Positions 42,101 through 51,878 of a stretch of 64,000 bases of DNA are shown here, in pieces; within the stretch, counting starts at the first letter, position 1; each line of letters starts with the position of its first letter. The notes below the pieces were generated by a model that saw nothing but the letters and a program-made list of their open reading frames with translations, did no database searches and had not been told where the DNA came from. Position numbers and translations under genes: made by a program. The stretch lies in assembly GCA_963976795.1 (NCBI GenBank), contig CAXBLT010000004.1, positions 107,939 to 171,938 of the forward strand. The letters run 5' to 3'. This DNA comes from an uncultured Gammaproteobacteria bacterium (GTDB taxonomy: Bacteria; Pseudomonadota; Gammaproteobacteria; Eutrophobiales; Eutrophobiaceae).

Positions 42101-43063
42101 ATAGCCGAAGGCGATGATATTGTCGAACTGAAAAATAAATTGGCGACACAAATCGAACATGCGTTTACTGATTTATATCAGGCGACATTTGGCGAAGAAG
42201 AGATTACCTCATGGGATTTTGATGATTTGCCGATAGAACAGAAAGTAACAACTAAAGGAAATACAATAACAAGCTACCCGTCCTTATTAGAGGAAGATGG
42301 TAAGGTTTATAAATATGCATTCGATAACTTGCGCACGGCCGAATATTATCTGAAATTTGGTTTGCGCGGATTACTGAAAAAATCATTGTCAAAAGAGATT
42401 AAGTATCTGCGCAAGAACTTAAGAAACATAGATAAGTTAGCGCTGTTGTATGCTGGGTTTGGCAATAAAGAAGAATTAGTTGGGTCGATTATTAACCTTG
42501 TATTAGATGAAACATTCTTATATGAAAAAGTCTTGATTCGTAAACAAGGACATTTTTTGGCAGCACTCGAGCAGGGTAGGTCAGAATTAATCGGGAATGC
42601 AGACAGGGTTTGTGTGGTCTTGCAGAAAATACTGGAAATGAATTTGCAAGTTCGAACATTGCTCGCCGATCAAGCCATGCTGAAATATAGTCATGCGGTC
42701 AAAGATATTGAAGAACAACTGGAATATATGATGTTTCACGGTTTTATCGAAGATATTGAAACGGAATATTTAAAGCAATATCCGCGTTATCTGGAAGCTA
42801 TAATTAAACGTATGGAAAAACTTGAATATGGGCTTGATAAGGATCGTCAATCCACAGAGCAAATTCAACCTCATTGGGACAGAATAAAAAAACTGGTGGA
42901 TCATGCATATGAAACAGACGGTAATACAAGCTCATTTGACGAATACCGTTGGATGTGTGAAGAATTACGTATCTCGTTATTTGCACAGGGATTAAAAACA
43001 CGAATACCAGTATCATTGAAACGATTAGACAAGGCGTGGGAAAGATGTCAAAAAGAAAACTAA
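39143..43063 (+). CDS. hrpA: ATP-dependent RNA helicase HrpA
   Basis: GETGSGKTTQLPK, DEAHERS, SAT, ATNIAETS, QRKGRCGR, C-terminal EELRISLFAQ. Confidence 0.95.
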   Translation: MHSLNIAVKDMNRKGMTSLELKNIYDRLSEARSSEQFRLKRDFNCLKNINNENKAEWEALKRNIELSVKSKADRVNRLPECNFDDNLPINQHVDEISDAILNNPVTIICGETGSGKTTQLPKLCLKLGRGIGGVIGHTQPRRLAAKTVAVRIAEELGSELGDAVGYKIRHQDVTNKHSYIKLMTDGILLAELQQDRYLNQYDTLIIDEAHERSLNIDFILGYIKQLLPKRPDLKVIITSATIDVTRFSEHFDNAPIIEVSGRTWPVDVLYRPVEISNEDEDPISREEIILQAIRELTSYDMGDILIFMEGEGEIHETDKFLRKQNLRDTDILPLYARLSSSRQNKIFAPHKRRHIVLATNIAETSLTIPGIRYVIDTGMARISRYSYRSKVQRLPIERVSMAAANQRKGRCGRTSEGICIRLYSEEDFSSRGEYTEPEILRTNLASVILQMKALKIGNIEKYPFINPPDKKFINDGMRLLREINALDKEEKLTPVGRKLVRFPLDPRHARILLAAHDFHCVHEILIIVSALSIQDPRERPIDKKQKADTSHQQFSDDDSDFLWFLNLWGFYQKQIKQLSQNKLRKLCQTNFLSYTKMREWIDIHRQLRHVCTEMGLLLNTEPASYQNIHCAILSGMSSHVAFLSDKHEYTGARDIKLNLFPASGQFHKKPKWVVAADLVETTRLYARNVALIDSAWLISVAKHLLKRSYSDAHWDSKSSRVVALEKISLYGMNLVSGKRINYGAINPVESKALFIRNALVEGDLESSAKFFKHNNQLIAEVRHLEVKSRRPDILNEGAVYKFYSKALPAHVYDGQSFAAWVKQLNKEQKQTLYLTNDLIINREIDDITEMTYPDNIKFNGMQLPLEYKFLPGTKEDGISVDVPIEVLNQFDQHHMDYLVPGLIEEKVILLLKSLPKPIRKTLVPIPETATECVNNIKNHSISLKQNLIAYLFKTRAVDIAINDFTEGALPEHLRTNYRVVDSNNELIAEGDDIVELKNKLATQIEHAFTDLYQATFGEEEITSWDFDDLPIEQKVTTKGNTITSYPSLLEEDGKVYKYAFDNLRTAEYYLKFGLRGLLKKSLSKEIKYLRKNLRNIDKLALLYAGFGNKEELVGSIINLVLDETFLYEKVLIRKQGHFLAALEQGRSELIGNADRVCVVLQKILEMNLQVRTLLADQAMLKYSHAVKDIEEQLEYMMFHGFIEDIETEYLKQYPRYLEAIIKRMEKLEYGLDKDRQSTEQIQPHWDRIKKLVDHAYETDGNTSSFDEYRWMCEELRISLFAQGLKTRIPVSLKRLDKAWERCQKEN

Positions 43064-43089
43064 ATAATGGAATACTACTGGGACAATAA

Positions 43090-44259
43090 ATGACTGAGCA
43101 ATCAATTCAATTTTCAATATTTTTAATCTTTACCGGTGCTGCCATTTTTGCCACGTTTGCCTTATACGCAAGACAAGCAATGATTGTCGCCTATATCGCA
43201 CTTGGCCTAATCCTGGGGCCATCCGGGATGGGTTTCATTGATGATGCAGAATTAATCAGTGATATCTCTAATATTGGTATTATATTCCTGCTGTATTTAC
43301 TGGGACTGGATCTATTACCTCAGCAATTATGGCAAATGCTACGTGAAGCCACAGTTGTTACCTTACTGAGTTCAGCAGCATTTTGTCTGATTGGCTTTTC
43401 GATTGGTTTTATCTTTGGCTACGAATTATTGCAAGCAATGTTAATCGGTGCCGTCATGATGTTCTCCAGCACCATCATTGGTCTAAAGTTATTACCAACC
43501 ACAACGCTGCATCATAAGCATACGGGCCAGATCATTATCAGTATTCTATTAATTCAGGATTTGATCGCTATTGTGATTTTATTATTGCTGCAAGGGTATG
43601 GTAAGGGCGGTAACCTGATGGTCGATATTGCGATGCAATTAATTTACTTACCTATTTTGGTAGGGGTTGTTTATCTAATAGAACGATTTGTACTCATCAA
43701 GTTGATCCAACGTTTTGATGAAATACATGAATATATATTCTTGTTAGCCATTGCCTGGTGCCTTGGTATCGCCGAATTAGCGCATTATGGTGGTTTATCG
43801 CATGAAATTGGTGCGTTTGTCGCAGGTGTAACATTGGCCTCTAGTCCAATTGCATTGTTTATTACTGAACGTTTGAAACCGCTGCGAGATTTTTTTCTCA
43901 TCATCTTTTTCTTTTCATTGGGAGCAGGGTTTAATATATCTGTCATTAGTGAAATTTTTATTCCTGGAACAATCCTTGCTGTTCTCGTGCTTATTTGTAA
44001 GCCACTTGTTTTTGGCTGGTTGTTACAGAGGGAAGGAGAAAAGAAGTATGTCTCTTTCGAAACCGGGTTCAGGTTGGGCCAGATCAGCGAGTTCTCATTA
44101 TTAATCGCTGTACTGGCCGTCAATTCAGGTTTTATAGATGAAAAGACATCCTATTTAATCCAGTTTGCTACACTGCTAACCTTTATTGTGTCGTCATATA
44201 TTATTGTTTTGAGATATCCAACTCCCATATCGGTAAGAGATCGTTTACGCCGAGACTAA
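43090..44259 (+). CDS. CPA2 family cation:proton antiporter
   Basis: About 12 TM helices; FSSTII-x2-K, ILLIQD, GAF-x-AG, LRDFF, QISEFS. Confidence 0.85.
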   Translation: MTEQSIQFSIFLIFTGAAIFATFALYARQAMIVAYIALGLILGPSGMGFIDDAELISDISNIGIIFLLYLLGLDLLPQQLWQMLREATVVTLLSSAAFCLIGFSIGFIFGYELLQAMLIGAVMMFSSTIIGLKLLPTTTLHHKHTGQIIISILLIQDLIAIVILLLLQGYGKGGNLMVDIAMQLIYLPILVGVVYLIERFVLIKLIQRFDEIHEYIFLLAIAWCLGIAELAHYGGLSHEIGAFVAGVTLASSPIALFITERLKPLRDFFLIIFFFSLGAGFNISVISEIFIPGTILAVLVLICKPLVFGWLLQREGEKKYVSFETGFRLGQISEFSLLIAVLAVNSGFIDEKTSYLIQFATLLTFIVSSYIIVLRYPTPISVRDRLRRD

Positions 44260-44273
44260 TCGAGGAAGTTCTG

Positions 44274-44762
44274 GTGGATAAGAAGAAGATAAAAATATTT
44301 TCAACGATTATTGTTGCTGTTCTAATTATTGCAGTTGTATTTATAACGACAGATTACTTTGAGTTGTTTGGAGCAAAAATTGAAAAAAAACTCAGTTTTG
44401 CTGAAATTCGATTTCGTACACTAGATAAAGAAACCAGCGCCATAGTTTCCGATGTCGGTGTGCGTTGTTTCCAAAAACAGAACATGAATGCCTGTACCAG
44501 AAAAGATAGTCATCAGCTTGGTGTTGTCTCAGTGCACATACCGGTACAACGTGCAGTTAAAAGGACTCTCTTATTTAAAAAAGAAGAAGAAATTTATAAG
44601 TCGATTGATCCAAAAATAAATATCATGTTACTACATCAGAATTACCACAATCCAACAGTAACGTTAATGATGGAAGATATTTATTCAAATAAAATAGGTG
44701 AACAGACAGTAGAAATGCCACCCAGACATTGGGATGAACCAACGGAAGAAACAGATGAGTGA
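44274..44762 (+). CDS. Hypothetical membrane-anchored protein
   Basis: N-terminal TM segment, Cys pair; co-directional and closely spaced with neighbours. Confidence 0.6.
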   Translation: MDKKKIKIFSTIIVAVLIIAVVFITTDYFELFGAKIEKKLSFAEIRFRTLDKETSAIVSDVGVRCFQKQNMNACTRKDSHQLGVVSVHIPVQRAVKRTLLFKKEEEIYKSIDPKINIMLLHQNYHNPTVTLMMEDIYSNKIGEQTVEMPPRHWDEPTEETDE

Positions 44763-45378
44763 TGCACTAAACTATTTATTAAAGGTACGGAAAGACGCTG
44801 TCGAACCCTATTTTAAGGCACTAAAAGAAGGTGGCAAACACCTTGATGTTAAAACACGGTCGTTGTTATCAGTTATCACTAAGGTCGATGGACAAACCGA
44901 AGCGGGCTTAAAACAATACCTTGTTCGTGCATTAAGAGAAGGCAATAGTGCCGATGAAATTTTAGATGCGATGTTGGTATGTCTACCAACACTGGGCATG
45001 AGTAAGATCATTTGGGCGGTCGATATTATATTACAAATGGATCTCCCTGATTTTAATCCTGAACTAATCGGAAAGGAAAAACAGTGGCATAAATTAATAG
45101 CGGTGAATGAAATAGAAGAGGGTGTATCTCGTTACGACTATGATGGTCGAGCCTGTTTTATAAATAAAAAAGGTAATGACTACCAAGTCTACGATAGTCG
45201 TTGTCCACATCAAGCTACGGATATACCGCTGTCAATCCTCGAAGGGACAACATTGACTTGCTCAAAACATCAATGGAAATTCAATGTTGAAAATGGTGAA
45301 TGTATAGAAAACGGTAATCGACCGCTTAATAAAATTAAGCACAAAATTGAAGATGGTTGTTTTTTTATTTATTCATGA
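44755..45378 (+). CDS. CMD/AhpD-like domain fused to a Rieske [2Fe-2S] domain
   Basis: LD-x-KTR-x-L...RAL-x2-G-x-S-x-DEI CMD pattern; C-terminal RCPHQ...TCSKHQWKF (C-x-H...C-x2-H); ATG at 44755 preferred. Confidence 0.8.
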   Translation: MSDALNYLLKVRKDAVEPYFKALKEGGKHLDVKTRSLLSVITKVDGQTEAGLKQYLVRALREGNSADEILDAMLVCLPTLGMSKIIWAVDIILQMDLPDFNPELIGKEKQWHKLIAVNEIEEGVSRYDYDGRACFINKKGNDYQVYDSRCPHQATDIPLSILEGTTLTCSKHQWKFNVENGECIENGNRPLNKIKHKIEDGCFFIYS

Positions 45379-45422
45379 TGTTTTTTGAAATTATAAGTTA
45401 ATAAGCTGGAAGCAATAGAGTT

Positions 45423-47414
45423 TTACGTCTGTGAATCCAAGGTATCACTTATCCGTTTTTTTTCTGCTTTTTTGTCACCAAGTGGGTTAAATCGATACGC
45501 ATTGTGTAGTGTAATTAAAGGGTAATATTGCTCAGCCTTTGTGTCAGGCAATATTCGCTTTATCCATCGTGTTAATGTTTCCCCCGGCTGTCGACCGTCT
45601 ATCTTTAGCTCCAGTTTTTCTATAAGCGGGTAGAGTGGTGAGTCAGTTCCTAAACGATCAATTTTTGTATGAACATTGTTCGCGTTATCTTTATTTTCGA
45701 CTCGCTGTTTCGTATAAAAACGCCAGATTAAATAGGCACCTAATGGGATTAAGAACCACAACATCCAGTTAGTTGTTTCTTCTTTTTTAGATTCAATCGT
45801 TCCGCCAGTCGTTTTGTAACGCAGCCATGAAAGGAGATCCATTAGCGGCTCTAATAGTGTGCGATCTTCTGACTCCATAGGGGCCCATACTGACGGTGTT
45901 GTGTCCATGTTGTGCCATGCGCCATTGATATAATACTTTAGCCAGGCATGTGCATGTCTTGCGCGTACCAGATAGGAGCCTTGCCAGTGACTATATTCCT
46001 GTACGGAGTAACCTACCGTATAGCGCGTTGGAATGCCTGCTTCGCGTAATAATAAGGCCGTTGCCGTGGCAAAGTATTCACAGTGGCCTTTTTTATCTTT
46101 AAATAAGAATCTTGTCAGGTATTGGCTTTTTGTATAACGTTGATTTTGTGTGATTGAATAATAAAAGTTATCTTTGAAATACTGCTGTACGGAGCCAATG
46201 ATTTCCTCGGGTGCTTTTGAGTAAAGGTCTAACTTGGTAGCGATCTGTTCAAAGTCAGTCTTATAGTTGGGTGGTATTTCAAGATCTTTAGGGCTAGGCG
46301 ACACTTCTACAAAATCATGATCGGAAACCCCAAGGCGATAATTAATCCAGCCTTCGCGCGCTTCAATTCGTGTTGAACCATACACGTTGGTTTCAACCTG
46401 AATTAAATCTTTCCCTGCTAATGTATTGATGTTGTCAGGTACGGGGATAATGGCAGCTTGATCCTGTAGGTAAATCGCCACATCCATTGTTTCTTTGTCG
46501 AATTTATTGTTATTAAGTCGCCATTCATTTTTATTCGATGTTTTACCAATGATATCAAATTCAACTTTTGGATTACGCCAGCTACCATACTCATAAGTAC
46601 TGTAAGAGGTCTCTCGAAAATAGAGTGGGGTTGACGAAGGATTGTTTGCCTTAACGCGGAAGATAATACGGTCTGATAACTTTAAACGACCTAATGAACC
46701 TATTGATGTCGACGTGCGTTCCGGGTCGGTGCTTCTCCATCCATATTGTTCGAATAGCTTAAGGAAAAATGTCTCTGAGCTATTTTGTAATTGCTGTAAT
46801 CCGTTTTGAGCAAGATAGGAAAAGAACAACACAAATACGATAGAGGCAAACCAGGTGATTTTAGAAAAATGTTTAGCTCTTTGCGTTAATAATAGCCAGC
46901 CAATGATAACTGCGCATGCTCCAAAAAAGTAATCGCTATATTGGTTGCCTGAACTTGCCGATATCAGACAGATAAAGACATAAGGCATGCCAATATTTGT
47001 CGTATATAAGATGTCCGGGCCTGCCTTTTCTCCCAGACGGCGAATACTGATAAATAGAGCAGAGGTCTTTATCCCATTCTGGATGCCGTAGCATTGCACC
47101 AGCATGAGTAGTAATAGTACGAACGGTAATAGCTCAAGTATCTTATAAATGCCCTGGAATGAATAATTTACGAATACATAGATAGTTAAAATAAAAAAGA
47201 TAACGCCACTTAGATCGGCGAGTTGGTTGGTGTCTTTGTCACTAAAGTCTATGCGCCATTTAATAAACAGAGGTAACTCAAGTAATATCCCAATGACGAT
47301 GGCATATAGCATAAACTGTGTTTGCCATCCCCAGACTAACAAGCCAGCCATGATTAAGCCGGGAGGAGCCGGGCTTAATTTAGTATTTAACGTATTGTCG
47401 TTTAAGTTGTCCAC
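45423..47414 (-). CDS. Membrane protein with transglutaminase-like domain (TgpA-like)
   Basis: N-terminal TM bundle; GHCEYFATA, GIP-x-RY-x2-GY, HAW, D-x-TP triad. Confidence 0.88.
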   Translation of the reverse strand: MDNLNDNTLNTKLSPAPPGLIMAGLLVWGWQTQFMLYAIVIGILLELPLFIKWRIDFSDKDTNQLADLSGVIFFILTIYVFVNYSFQGIYKILELLPFVLLLLMLVQCYGIQNGIKTSALFISIRRLGEKAGPDILYTTNIGMPYVFICLISASSGNQYSDYFFGACAVIIGWLLLTQRAKHFSKITWFASIVFVLFFSYLAQNGLQQLQNSSETFFLKLFEQYGWRSTDPERTSTSIGSLGRLKLSDRIIFRVKANNPSSTPLYFRETSYSTYEYGSWRNPKVEFDIIGKTSNKNEWRLNNNKFDKETMDVAIYLQDQAAIIPVPDNINTLAGKDLIQVETNVYGSTRIEAREGWINYRLGVSDHDFVEVSPSPKDLEIPPNYKTDFEQIATKLDLYSKAPEEIIGSVQQYFKDNFYYSITQNQRYTKSQYLTRFLFKDKKGHCEYFATATALLLREAGIPTRYTVGYSVQEYSHWQGSYLVRARHAHAWLKYYINGAWHNMDTTPSVWAPMESEDRTLLEPLMDLLSWLRYKTTGGTIESKKEETTNWMLWFLIPLGAYLIWRFYTKQRVENKDNANNVHTKIDRLGTDSPLYPLIEKLELKIDGRQPGETLTRWIKRILPDTKAEQYYPLITLHNAYRFNPLGDKKAEKKRISDTLDSQT

Positions 47415-48745
47415 AGAGCATCAAGATCTTGTTGCAGGTTGTCGTGGTGAATCACATGAATTTCATTTTCTGTTTCAGCACTAGCTGTATTGCTTGATTC
47501 TTTTAATAAAAATAATTTAATAGGAATGTTTAATTCGGACAAAGCCTTAATCAATTTTAGCCGCTGTTCATCCAGCTCCAGCAGTATGCAAATGAAGGCG
47601 CTACATTCTCGACTATATCGATGAATCATGAGTTCAACTTCGGGTATATTGGATTCATAAACCGGTTGTACGCAGGCCAGTACTTCCAGAATATTTTCTG
47701 CCCCGGCAAGTCCTCTCCCGGATGTGAAACGATAAGACTTATTGCCGACAAACATCAAGTCGAGTAATGCATCTTGTTCTTTTTGTGAAGTCATAAAAGA
47801 CGCCGCGATAGATACGGCATCTTCAAATATCAGCTCCGGTTGTTTATCCAAAAATGTATCGAGTATCAAGCCATATCGGGTAAAGTATTCATCCTGATAT
47901 TCTTTAACAATCGGTTTGTTGAGTTTCGCAAAGCTGCGCCAATGTATTGAGCGGATAGGGTCGCCGGGATGATAGTCGCGTAGAGAAGTGAATTCTTGTG
48001 AGTCACCTACGATAGAGGCATTGTTTACGCCGCCATGATGATAGCTGCGCTTGCCCTGCAAGTTTAATCGAGGTGTTTTGTAGAGCTTTGGCAATATCAG
48101 CAATCTGTCTTTATTGTGAATGATTTTTTGTCCTTGAAATAAACCTAATGGGTCAGCCATTGCCAGTCTGGTTTTATCGAATTGTAAATAACCCCTGCGC
48201 AAGGGTGTGAGTTGTAGTGTTGCCTCTATTTCACTTTTTTCCGCGATATAATCAACAGCGATCGGTTTGATTGTGCCTCCACGTAGTTTTTGCATCGCAT
48301 TAACAAGGCGTGGATAGCCAATGAAACGATCTATACGATTTCTGTTTTTATCAAGTGGGTCTTTTGTTTTGGAAAACATCTCTATGCTGGGAAATTGATT
48401 CTTCAACTCATCGATAAGCACAATTCCTCTTTTTGCTGTTTTATTTTCATTGCGAATGATGCAAGCGTAGTTGAGCGGGGTTCCAACGCTACCATACTCG
48501 GGTAGCTTTCTATCGATAGAAAATTTACCTCGAAAAAATACAGCAAAGAACATCGAGGTGATTAGCAATGTCAATGTGATTGAAAATATCTGAAAAGAAA
48601 GTGTTGAACGCGTATCAAAACCAAATACCCCTGCAACCGGCATGATTAACAATATCAGCATTCCGGTTGAGGTAAATCGGCGACGTGTCCATTGGTTAAA
48701 ACGGTAAACCCGTTTGAAGCTAGCCAATATGAGTTTACGTAACAT
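47402..48745 (-). CDS. DUF58 family protein
   Basis: RRG, DPLGL, EF-x-SLRDY-x-PGD-x-IR-x-IHWR-x2-AK, VKEY. Confidence 0.88.
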   Translation of the reverse strand: MLRKLILASFKRVYRFNQWTRRRFTSTGMLILLIMPVAGVFGFDTRSTLSFQIFSITLTLLITSMFFAVFFRGKFSIDRKLPEYGSVGTPLNYACIIRNENKTAKRGIVLIDELKNQFPSIEMFSKTKDPLDKNRNRIDRFIGYPRLVNAMQKLRGGTIKPIAVDYIAEKSEIEATLQLTPLRRGYLQFDKTRLAMADPLGLFQGQKIIHNKDRLLILPKLYKTPRLNLQGKRSYHHGGVNNASIVGDSQEFTSLRDYHPGDPIRSIHWRSFAKLNKPIVKEYQDEYFTRYGLILDTFLDKQPELIFEDAVSIAASFMTSQKEQDALLDLMFVGNKSYRFTSGRGLAGAENILEVLACVQPVYESNIPEVELMIHRYSRECSAFICILLELDEQRLKLIKALSELNIPIKLFLLKESSNTASAETENEIHVIHHDNLQQDLDALWTT

Positions 48746-48767
48746 GCTTAACGACGATATTAAGTGT

Positions 48768-49700
48768 TTATACCGGCACAGGCGTTTTTGCTAAAATATC
48801 TTCAATGATCTTATCGCTGCTATTGCCTGAGAAGCGACTTTGTGAATTCATCATCAAGCGGTGAGAAATAACAGGGATGGCGATTTCTTGCACTTGATCA
48901 GGGCTGACGTAATCCATACCGTCAAACAGTGCTAGAGCTTGTGCCGCCTTCATCATAGATAATGATGCGCGTGGGCTGGCACCATTTAATATACCTTCTG
49001 TCTCTCGGGTCGCTCTGATAAGACTCACCATGTAATGTTTTATCTCGTCACTAACGTTAATATTTGTGACTTGCTGTTTAACCTTGATGACATCTTCTTT
49101 ATTTATGCAGGGTTTAAGAGAGTCGAGAGGGTGTCGCTCGTTTTGTTTTTCGAGGATCGATACTTCTTCGTTTTGAGTAACGTAACCAAGACTAAAACGC
49201 ATCGCAAAGCGATCCATTTGTGCCTCCGGTAGCGGGTAGGTGCCGTGGTATTCCACCGGGTTTTGTGTCGCAATCACAAAAAATAAATCGTCTAGTTGAT
49301 AATTGCTTCTCTCAATGCTTATCTGGCGCTCACCCATGGCTTCTAATAATGCAGATTGTGTACGTGGTGAGGCGCGATTGATTTCATCAGCTAATAGTAT
49401 GTTACTGAAGATAGGGCCGGGGTGAAATTCAAAATCTTGATCACGTTGATTGAATATGGAGACTCCGAGAATATCCGTAGGTAAAAGATCCGGTGTGAAT
49501 TGTATGCGTTGAAACTCGACATCGATCGATTTTGCCAATGCCTTGGCCAAAGTTGTTTTACCCGTGCCCGGTACGTCTTCAAGCAGCACATGACCGTCAC
49601 TGAAAAAAGCAGCAAGCAGTTTACGTATCGCAGGAGATTGACCTTGTATTACTTTTTCAATATTACCGAAAAGCTTTTGATATATTTCAATGTCTGACAT
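48768..49700 (-). CDS. MoxR family AAA+ ATPase
   Basis: DVPGTGKT, RIQFTPDLLP-x-D, LADEINRA, ATQNP, LPEAQMDRF; ATG at 49700 preferred. Confidence 0.93.
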   Translation of the reverse strand: MSDIEIYQKLFGNIEKVIQGQSPAIRKLLAAFFSDGHVLLEDVPGTGKTTLAKALAKSIDVEFQRIQFTPDLLPTDILGVSIFNQRDQDFEFHPGPIFSNILLADEINRASPRTQSALLEAMGERQISIERSNYQLDDLFFVIATQNPVEYHGTYPLPEAQMDRFAMRFSLGYVTQNEEVSILEKQNERHPLDSLKPCINKEDVIKVKQQVTNINVSDEIKHYMVSLIRATRETEGILNGASPRASLSMMKAAQALALFDGMDYVSPDQVQEIAIPVISHRLMMNSQSRFSGNSSDKIIEDILAKTPVPV

Positions 49701-49739
49701 GATGTTTATTTTTTGGGTGAGTCTGAAAAAGTCATCTTT

Positions 49740-49810
49740 CGTCACTCCCGTGAAAGCGGGAGTCTATGTTTCTAACACATGTATGGATTCCCGCCTGCGC
49801 GGGAATGACG
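49740..49810. repeat. REP-like inverted doublet (GTCATTCCCGCG...GCGGGAATCC type)
   Basis: GTCACTCCCGTGAAAGCGGGAGTC (from 49741) facing GGATTCCCGCCTGCGCGGGAATGAC (49785-49809); each unit is itself a hairpin. Confidence 0.8.
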
Positions 49811-49885
49811 AGAATCAGAGCTTACCGAGTTATTATTAAGTGTATTAATTGTGTCAAGCCTATCAAATCAGGAGTTGTATAACAC

Positions 49886-50497
49886 ATGTTTAATAAAGAT
49901 ATTGAGACAAAAGTAACGATTCATGAGCTTATCGCCGCGCGCTGGAGCGGGCGTGCCTATGATCCAGAAAAAATAGTCAGCCGCAAAGAGATAATCGCCT
50001 TAATAGAAGCCGCACGCTGGGCCCCATCATGCTTTGGTGATCAGCCTTGGCGATTTATCGTCTTCGATAAGACGACCAATAAAGCAGCTTGGGAAAAAGC
50101 ATGGGCTTGCCTTGCAGAAGGCAACCAGAGCTGGGCAAAAGATGCCCCTTTATTATTGTTGGCATGTGCCGATTCTGTGTTGTCGCAAAATGGAAAACCG
50201 AACCGTTGGGGACAGTACGATACTGGTGCGGCATCAGAGAACCTATGTTTGCAAGCAACCGCATTAGGTTTAATGGTGCATCAAATGGGCGGCTTCGATG
50301 CAGATAAAACAATTGCAGAGTTTGCTATCCCCGAGCAATTTACCCCGATGGCGATGATGGCCGTTGGCTATCAATTACCAGAATCGAAAATACCCGAGGA
50401 GATTAAAGAACGGGAATACAATGCTCGTGCCCGTAATACGTTGGATGAGAATTTCTTTGAAGGACATTGGGGAGATCCAATATCTACAGTAGTATAG
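49886..50497 (+). CDS. Nitroreductase family protein
   Basis: RWSGRAY, EAARWAPSC-x3-QPWRF, YDTGAA, HQMGGFD. Confidence 0.88.
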   Translation: MFNKDIETKVTIHELIAARWSGRAYDPEKIVSRKEIIALIEAARWAPSCFGDQPWRFIVFDKTTNKAAWEKAWACLAEGNQSWAKDAPLLLLACADSVLSQNGKPNRWGQYDTGAASENLCLQATALGLMVHQMGGFDADKTIAEFAIPEQFTPMAMMAVGYQLPESKIPEEIKEREYNARARNTLDENFFEGHWGDPISTVV

Positions 50498-50546
50498 ATA
50501 GCATCAAGACGCATTGTTGCTTTCCTGAAACCCTATATAACACCGC

Positions 50547-51875
50547 ATGACTATTAATAATCAACATCGCGCCTTTTGGTTACTCGCGGGGCCGATGATT
50601 ATTGGCAATGTCAGTATGGCCTTATTAGGTTTGGTCGATACTGCTGTTATTGGGCATTTAGACAGCGCCGTATTTTTAGGTGGCGTTGCTGTAGGCTCAG
50701 TTATTTTTGATTTCTTATATTGGGGCATGGGTTTTTTACGCATGGGCACGACAGGGATAGTCGCCCAAGCGCACGGTAAAAAAGATGCCACAGAAATCAG
50801 GACACTATTAATTCAATCGATTCTGGTTGGTTTAAGCATCGCAATATTTTTTCTGTTATTTCAAAATCCGATCTTCAATTTTGGTTTAACCTTGCTCGAA
50901 GGCAGTACCGAGGTAAAACACTATGCTGAGGTGTATTGTCGTTGGATGATCTGGGGCGCACCGGCCTTGATGATCTTGTTTTCAGTCAACGGATGGTTGT
51001 TAGGCATGCAAAATGCGATGGCCAGTTTAAGACTTGGTATAACGGTAAACGTCATTAATATTATTCTGGATATTATATTTGTCGTTTATATGGACATGGA
51101 TGTACGCGGAGTTGCTTTAGCCACGGTTATCGCACAGTACTGCGGGGTGTTGTATGCGTTTTTTATTGTGAGAAAACAACTCGGCGGTCAGGGTGGGGAA
51201 TGGCAGCTTGCTGAAATATTACACCTTGAAAAAATGAAGATATTTATGCGTTTAAATAGTGATATTTTTATCCGGACAATATGTTTGATCCTCGTCTTTG
51301 CCTTCTTTACACGAGAAGGAGCTAAATATGGCGACCTGACGCTTGCGGCGAATTCTATTTTGATGAAATTTTACTTACTCATGGCATTGGCGCTGGATGG
51401 TTTTAATCATGCTGCTGAAGCCTTAGTCGGAAAAGCTATAGGCGCCAGGAGTAAAGCCTCGTTTAAGAATGCTGTAGAGCTGGCGTTAAAATGGTCTTTA
51501 GCCTTTGGTTTGGCATTTACTTTGTTCTATTGGCTTGCTGGTGAGTCATTGGTGAATCTATTAACAGATCTTGAGGAGGTGCGAGAAACAGCATTAATCT
51601 ATTTGCCGTGGATGATAGTCTTGCCGTTAATCTCTGTGTGGTGTTTCTTGCTTGATGGTGTCTTTATAGGTGCAACTCGGGGTTCGGAGATGCGTAATGC
51701 CATGCTGATCTGTACCTTTGTCTTCTTTTTACCGTTCTGGTACGCCTTTCAATTTATGGGCAACCATGGCTTATGGTTAGCGTTTACTGTTTTCATTGCG
51801 GTACGCGGCGTGGTTTTGGGTATTTATTATTTTTGGATCGAGCGGCAAGATAGTTTCGTAGAGATAAATCGATAA
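50547..51875 (+). CDS. dinF: MATE family efflux transporter, DinF-like
   Basis: LLGLVDTAVIGHL, GFLRMGTTG, NIILD, FIRT-x2-L, DGVFIGATR-x3-MRN. Confidence 0.88.
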   Translation: MTINNQHRAFWLLAGPMIIGNVSMALLGLVDTAVIGHLDSAVFLGGVAVGSVIFDFLYWGMGFLRMGTTGIVAQAHGKKDATEIRTLLIQSILVGLSIAIFFLLFQNPIFNFGLTLLEGSTEVKHYAEVYCRWMIWGAPALMILFSVNGWLLGMQNAMASLRLGITVNVINIILDIIFVVYMDMDVRGVALATVIAQYCGVLYAFFIVRKQLGGQGGEWQLAEILHLEKMKIFMRLNSDIFIRTICLILVFAFFTREGAKYGDLTLAANSILMKFYLLMALALDGFNHAAEALVGKAIGARSKASFKNAVELALKWSLAFGLAFTLFYWLAGESLVNLLTDLEEVRETALIYLPWMIVLPLISVWCFLLDGVFIGATRGSEMRNAMLICTFVFFLPFWYAFQFMGNHGLWLAFTVFIAVRGVVLGIYYFWIERQDSFVEINR

Positions 51876-51878
51876 GTT

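Noticed and set aside
45423-49700. MoxR - DUF58 - transglutaminase trio as a novel system
   Set aside because: Well-known, widespread gene triad
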